IMG/VR virus record: IMGVR_UViG_2687453454_000003
Location: 1-64,000 of that record
Strand: one strand, 5' to 3'
DNA: 64,000 nucleotides
Origin: a virus
Taxonomy: Duplodnaviria; Heunggongvirae; Uroviricota; Caudoviricetes
Position numbers and translations under genes: made by a program
Shown: piece by piece, positions 60,401 through 64,000 of the stretch
Position numbering within the stretch: the first letter of the stretch is position 1
Layout of the letters: each line of letters opens with the position of its first letter
The notes under the pieces: model-generated
Database searches by the model: none
What the model was told of the DNA's origin: nothing
What the model saw: only the letters and a program-made list of their open reading frames with translations

Positions 60401-60763
60401 ATGGCTAGCGAACGCAGTACTGATGTGCAGGCATTTATCGGGGAGCTGGACGGCGGCGTATTTGAAACCAAAATCGGCGCAGTTCTCAGTGAAGTCGCTT
60501 CCGGTGTGATGAACACGAAAACCAAAGGGAAGGTCTCACTCAACCTGGAAATCGAACCATTTGATGAGAACCGTGTGAAAATCAAACACAAACTCTCATA
60601 TGTTCGCCCGACTAACCGCGGGAAAATTTCCGAAGAAGACACCACCGAAACGCCGATGTATGTCAATCGCGGTGGTCGCCTGACTATTCTGCAGGAAGAC
60701 CAGGGACAATTACTGACTCTTGCCGGTGAACCTGACGGAAAACTCCGCGCAGCAGGTCATTAA
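60401..60763 (+). CDS. hypothetical early-left protein (120 aa; resembles CPS-53 YfdP by recollection)
   Basis: ATG at 60401 preceded by GAGGAG; the longer six-frame ORF from 60170 runs through a hairpin-rich leader. Confidence 0.5.
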   Translation: MASERSTDVQAFIGELDGGVFETKIGAVLSEVASGVMNTKTKGKVSLNLEIEPFDENRVKIKHKLSYVRPTNRGKISEEDTTETPMYVNRGGRLTILQEDQGQLLTLAGEPDGKLRAAGH

Positions 60764-60827
60764 TACGTTATTAATAAACTGATTATTTATCTCATCACTG
60801 AATATCTTTATATAGTGAGGACTTATT

Positions 60828-61652
60828 ATGTCTCAGAACTTAGACGCAACCGCAATTAATCAAATCCATGCCCTTATTTCTGCTCAGGGTGTTAATGAAA
60901 TTATCAGTAAGATTGGTGCCGATGCTGTGGCATTGCCTGAGAATTTCCGCATTCATGATCTGGAAAAATTTAATTTAAATCGCTTCCGTTTCCGTGGTGC
61001 GCTTTCCACTGCCAGCATCGATGACTTTACCCGTTATTCTAAAGATCTTGCAGATGAAGGCACCCGCTGCTTTATCGATGCTGATAATATGCGTGCCGTC
61101 AGTGTGCTTAACCTGGGTACTATTGATGAACCAGGTCACGCAGATAACACCGCCACTCTCAAACTGAAAAAGACAGCACCGTTCTCTGCACTGTTGTCTG
61201 TTAACGGCGAGCGTAACTCCCAGAAGTCTCTGGCAGAATGGATTGAAGACTGGGCCGACTACCTTGTGGGCTTTGATGCTAATGGTGATGCCATTCAGGC
61301 AACAAAAGCGGCTGCGGCGGTCCGTAAAATCACGATTGAAGCAAACCAGACCGCTGATTTTGAAGATAATGACTTCAGCGGCAAACGCTCCCTGATGGAG
61401 TCTGTCGAAGCGAAGACCAAAGACATTATGCCAGTGGCATTTGAGTTTAAATGCGTTCCGTTTGAAGGTCTGAAAGAACGTCCGTTTAAATTACGCCTCA
61501 GCATTATCACTGGCGATCGTCCGGTACTGGTTCTGCGCATTATTCAGCTGGAAGCGGTGCAGGAAGATATGGCTAACGAATTTCGTGATCTGCTTGTTGA
61601 GAAATTCAAGGACAGCAAAGTAGAAACCTTTATTGGGACTTTCACCGCCTGA
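60828..61652 (+). CDS. DUF2303-type protein (274 aa; resembles CPS-53 YfdQ by recollection)
   Basis: ORF track; size and operon neighbours. Confidence 0.55.
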   Translation: MSQNLDATAINQIHALISAQGVNEIISKIGADAVALPENFRIHDLEKFNLNRFRFRGALSTASIDDFTRYSKDLADEGTRCFIDADNMRAVSVLNLGTIDEPGHADNTATLKLKKTAPFSALLSVNGERNSQKSLAEWIEDWADYLVGFDANGDAIQATKAAAAVRKITIEANQTADFEDNDFSGKRSLMESVEAKTKDIMPVAFEFKCVPFEGLKERPFKLRLSIITGDRPVLVLRIIQLEAVQEDMANEFRDLLVEKFKDSKVETFIGTFTA

Positions 61653-61779
61653 TTTCATTACTGCAAATGCCCCTGCGGGGGCATTTATGGAAATGTAATT
61701 GACTCAATAATCGCCGGACGGTGAGGGCTTCCTTTTACCCGAATTCAGCGCGGTGCAGCGCATATACGTGGAGAACAAA

Positions 61780-62316
61780 ATGTCATTTATTAAAACTTTT
61801 TCCGGGAAGCATTTTTATTATGACAGGATAAATAAAGACGACATCGATATTAACGATATCGCAGTTTCCCTTTCAAATATCTGTCGCTTTGCCGGTCATC
61901 TTTCGCACTTCTACAGCGTCGCCCAACATGCGGTTCTTTGCAGCCAGCTGGTGCCGCAGGAATTTGCTTTTGAAGCGTTAATGCATGATGCAACAGAAGC
62001 GTATTGCCAGGACATTCCCGCACCACTGAAACGCCTTCTTCCTGACTATAAACAAATGGAAGAAAAAATAGACGCCGTAATCCGTGAGAAATACGGGTTA
62101 CCCCCAGTTATGAGTACGCCCGTGAAATATGCCGATCTCATCATGCTGGCAACCGAACGCCGCGATCTCGGGCTTGATGATGGCTCTTTCTGGCCTGTAC
62201 TGGAAGGTATCCCGGCAACAGAGATGTTCAACGTGATTCCACTGGCACCGGGCCATGCCTACGGGATGTTTATGGAACGCTTTAACGAGTTATCGGAGTT
62301 ACGCAAATGCGCATGA
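61780..62316 (+). CDS. HD-domain phosphohydrolase
   Basis: ATG at 61780 after GGAGAA; motif H..........HD...E (..SVAQHAVLC...MHDATEAY). Confidence 0.65.
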   Translation: MSFIKTFSGKHFYYDRINKDDIDINDIAVSLSNICRFAGHLSHFYSVAQHAVLCSQLVPQEFAFEALMHDATEAYCQDIPAPLKRLLPDYKQMEEKIDAVIREKYGLPPVMSTPVKYADLIMLATERRDLGLDDGSFWPVLEGIPATEMFNVIPLAPGHAYGMFMERFNELSELRKCA

Positions 62317-62669
62317 ATGTTTTCGAAATGGAAGGGTTTCTTCGTGGGAGATGTGTACCGCGAGATCTGAAAGTAAATGAAACAGATGCTGAATACCTGG
62401 TACGTAAATTCGATGCGCTTGAAGCTAAATGTGCAGCACAGGAAAACAAAGTAATACCAGTGTCAACTGAACTGCCACCAGCAAATGAAAGTGTTTTGTT
62501 ATTCGATGCTAACGGAGAAGGCTGGCTAATTGGCTGGCGTTCTCTCTGGTACACCTGGGGACAAAAAGAAACCGGAGAATGGCAGTGGACATTTCAGGTC
62601 GGGGACCTTGAAAACGTCAATATCACTCCCTGGGCAGTAATGCCAAAAGCACCGGAGGCTGGAGCATAA
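62307..62669 (+). CDS. hypothetical protein (120 aa)
   Basis: ORF track; operon continuity. Confidence 0.5.
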   Translation: MRMNVFEMEGFLRGRCVPRDLKVNETDAEYLVRKFDALEAKCAAQENKVIPVSTELPPANESVLLFDANGEGWLIGWRSLWYTWGQKETGEWQWTFQVGDLENVNITPWAVMPKAPEAGA

Positions 62670-62974
62670 TGACCACTTTTACCGACAAAGAACTGATTAA
62701 AGAAATTAAAGAGCGTATCAGCAGCCTTGACGTGCGAGACGATATTGAGCGCCGTGCTTATGAAATCGCACTCCTATCTCTAGAAGTAGAACCAGATGAA
62801 CGCGAAGCTTATGAATTATTCATGGAAAAGCGTTTCGGTGACTTAGTAGATCGTCGGAGAGCAAAAAACGGCGATAACGAATACATGGCATGGGATATGA
62901 CTCTCGGTTGGATCGTCTGGCAGCAACGAGCTGGTATCCATTTTTCAACAATGTCACAGCAAGAGGTGAAATAA
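62669..62974 (+). CDS. hypothetical protein (101 aa)
   Basis: ORF track; start overlaps previous stop. Confidence 0.5.
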   Translation: MTTFTDKELIKEIKERISSLDVRDDIERRAYEIALLSLEVEPDEREAYELFMEKRFGDLVDRRRAKNGDNEYMAWDMTLGWIVWQQRAGIHFSTMSQQEVK

Positions 62975-63324
62975 TGGAGCCATACAGCCTCACACTCGAT
63001 GAGGCCTGTCATTTTCTCAAGATATCCAGACCGACTGCCATTAACTGGATACGCACAGGGCGTCTTCAGGCAACACGCAAAGATCCCACTAAGAATAAAT
63101 CTCCTTACCTCACAACACGACAAGCCTGCATTGCGGCTCTTCAGTCTCCGCTGCATACTGTCCAGGTGAGCGCGGGTGATGGCATAACAGAGGAAAGAAA
63201 ATGTCACTCTTCCGCAGAGGTGAAATATGGTACGCCAGTTTCACATTGCCGAACGGTAAAAGATTTAAACAGTCTCTTGGAACAAAGGACAAAAGGCAGG
63301 CGACAGAACTCCATGACAAGCTAA
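62974..63324 (+). CDS. xis: excisionase (P22 Xis-like), overlapping the integrase start
   Basis: ATG at 62974 after AAGAGGTG; 116 aa; HTH-like [26 protein letters not shown]. Confidence 0.55.
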   Translation: MEPYSLTLDEACHFLKISRPTAINWIRTGRLQATRKDPTKNKSPYLTTRQACIAALQSPLHTVQVSAGDGITEERKCHSSAEVKYGTPVSHCRTVKDLNSLLEQRTKGRRQNSMTS

Positions 63325-64000
63325 AGGCTGAAGCATGGCGGGTCAGCAAACTTGGTGAAATACCTGATATAACGTTCGAGGAAGCGTGTGTCAGGTGGCT
63401 TGAAGAGAAAGCACATAAAAAATCACTGGACGATGACAAAAGCCGGATCGGATTCTGGCTTCAACATTTCGCAGGAATGCAACTAAGAGACATTACTGAA
63501 TCAAAAATTTATTCAGCAATGCAGAAAATGACGAACCGGCGTCATGAGGAAAACTGGAAACTTAGGGCAGAAGCATGCAGAAAAAAAGGGAAACCTGTTC
63601 CAGAATACACGCCAAAACCAGCGTCCGTTGCAACGAAGGCTACGCATCTTTCATTTATAAAGGCCCTACTAAGAGCCGCAGAGCGTGAATGGAAAATGCT
63701 GGATAAGGCACCAATTATTAAAGTGCCTCAACCAAAGAATAAACGGATCCGCTGGCTGGAGCCCCATGAAGCACAAAGGCTGATTGATGAATGTCCGGAG
63801 CCATTAAAGTCTGTTGTTGAATTTGCACTGGCAACAGGCTTAAGACGCTCGAACATCATCAACCTTGAATGGCAACAAATAGATATGCAGCGCCGGGTGG
63901 CATGGATAAATCCGGAAGAGAGTAAATCAAACCGCGCAATCGGCGTTGCGCTGAATGATACTGCATGTCGCGTTTTGAAAAAACAAATCGGGAATCATCA
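63201..64000 (+). CDS. int: tyrosine integrase, P22 type, 3' end beyond window
   Basis: Own translation from ATG 63201: [41 protein letters not shown].., matching the P22-type integrase N-terminus as I recall it; not in ORF track because no stop in window. Confidence 0.85.
   Translation, partial: MSLFRRGEIWYASFTLPNGKRFKQSLGTKDKRQATELHDKLKAEAWRVSKLGEIPDITFEEACVRWLEEKAHKKSLDDDKSRIGFWLQHFAGMQLRDITESKIYSAMQKMTNRRHEENWKLRAEACRKKGKPVPEYTPKPASVATKATHLSFIKALLRAAEREWKMLDKAPIIKVPQPKNKRIRWLEPHEAQRLIDECPEPLKSVVEFALATGLRRSNIINLEWQQIDMQRRVAWINPEESKSNRAIGVALNDTACRVLKKQIGNH

Noticed and set aside
1-64000. CRISPR array or rRNA genes
   Set aside because: No regularly spaced short direct repeats with unique spacers and no rRNA-like sequence seen; the only tandem repeats are the iterons and the stf coding repeats.

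Overview
The window is almost entirely mobile DNA, read here from sequence and the ORF track only; every family assignment is from motif and pattern recognition, with no database search run. (1) Positions 1-18048 hold a P4/PICI-like satellite-type integrative element: a P4-family tyrosine integrase (16616..17830), two AlpA-family regulators, a Rha/Ant-type antirepressor, a 919-aa primase-helicase (7965..10724) followed by TGGTTCA iterons, and an embedded P22-like ejection-protein cassette (2545..7202). It ends at a 46-bp copy of the 3' end of tRNA-Thr(CGU) (18001..18048), which I read as an att core. (2) Positions 18049-64000 hold a lambdoid prophage in inverted orientation, with lambda-like tail, head and lysis genes on the minus strand, a cI/cro-type switch at about 58.6-59.7 kb, and a P22-type xis/int module running off the right edge. 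Three visibly AT-rich orphan genes sit at known cargo positions and are the best candidates for an undescribed system: 49104..52256 (calcineurin-like phosphoesterase fused to a P-loop NTPase, between the Q-like gene and the lysis cassette), 18465..21716 (1083 aa, next to an integrase remnant and the att core) and 15592..16473 (293 aa, next to the satellite integrase). Three genes appear interrupted by 1-nt indels in homopolymer runs. No CRISPR array, rRNA or complete tRNA gene was seen.
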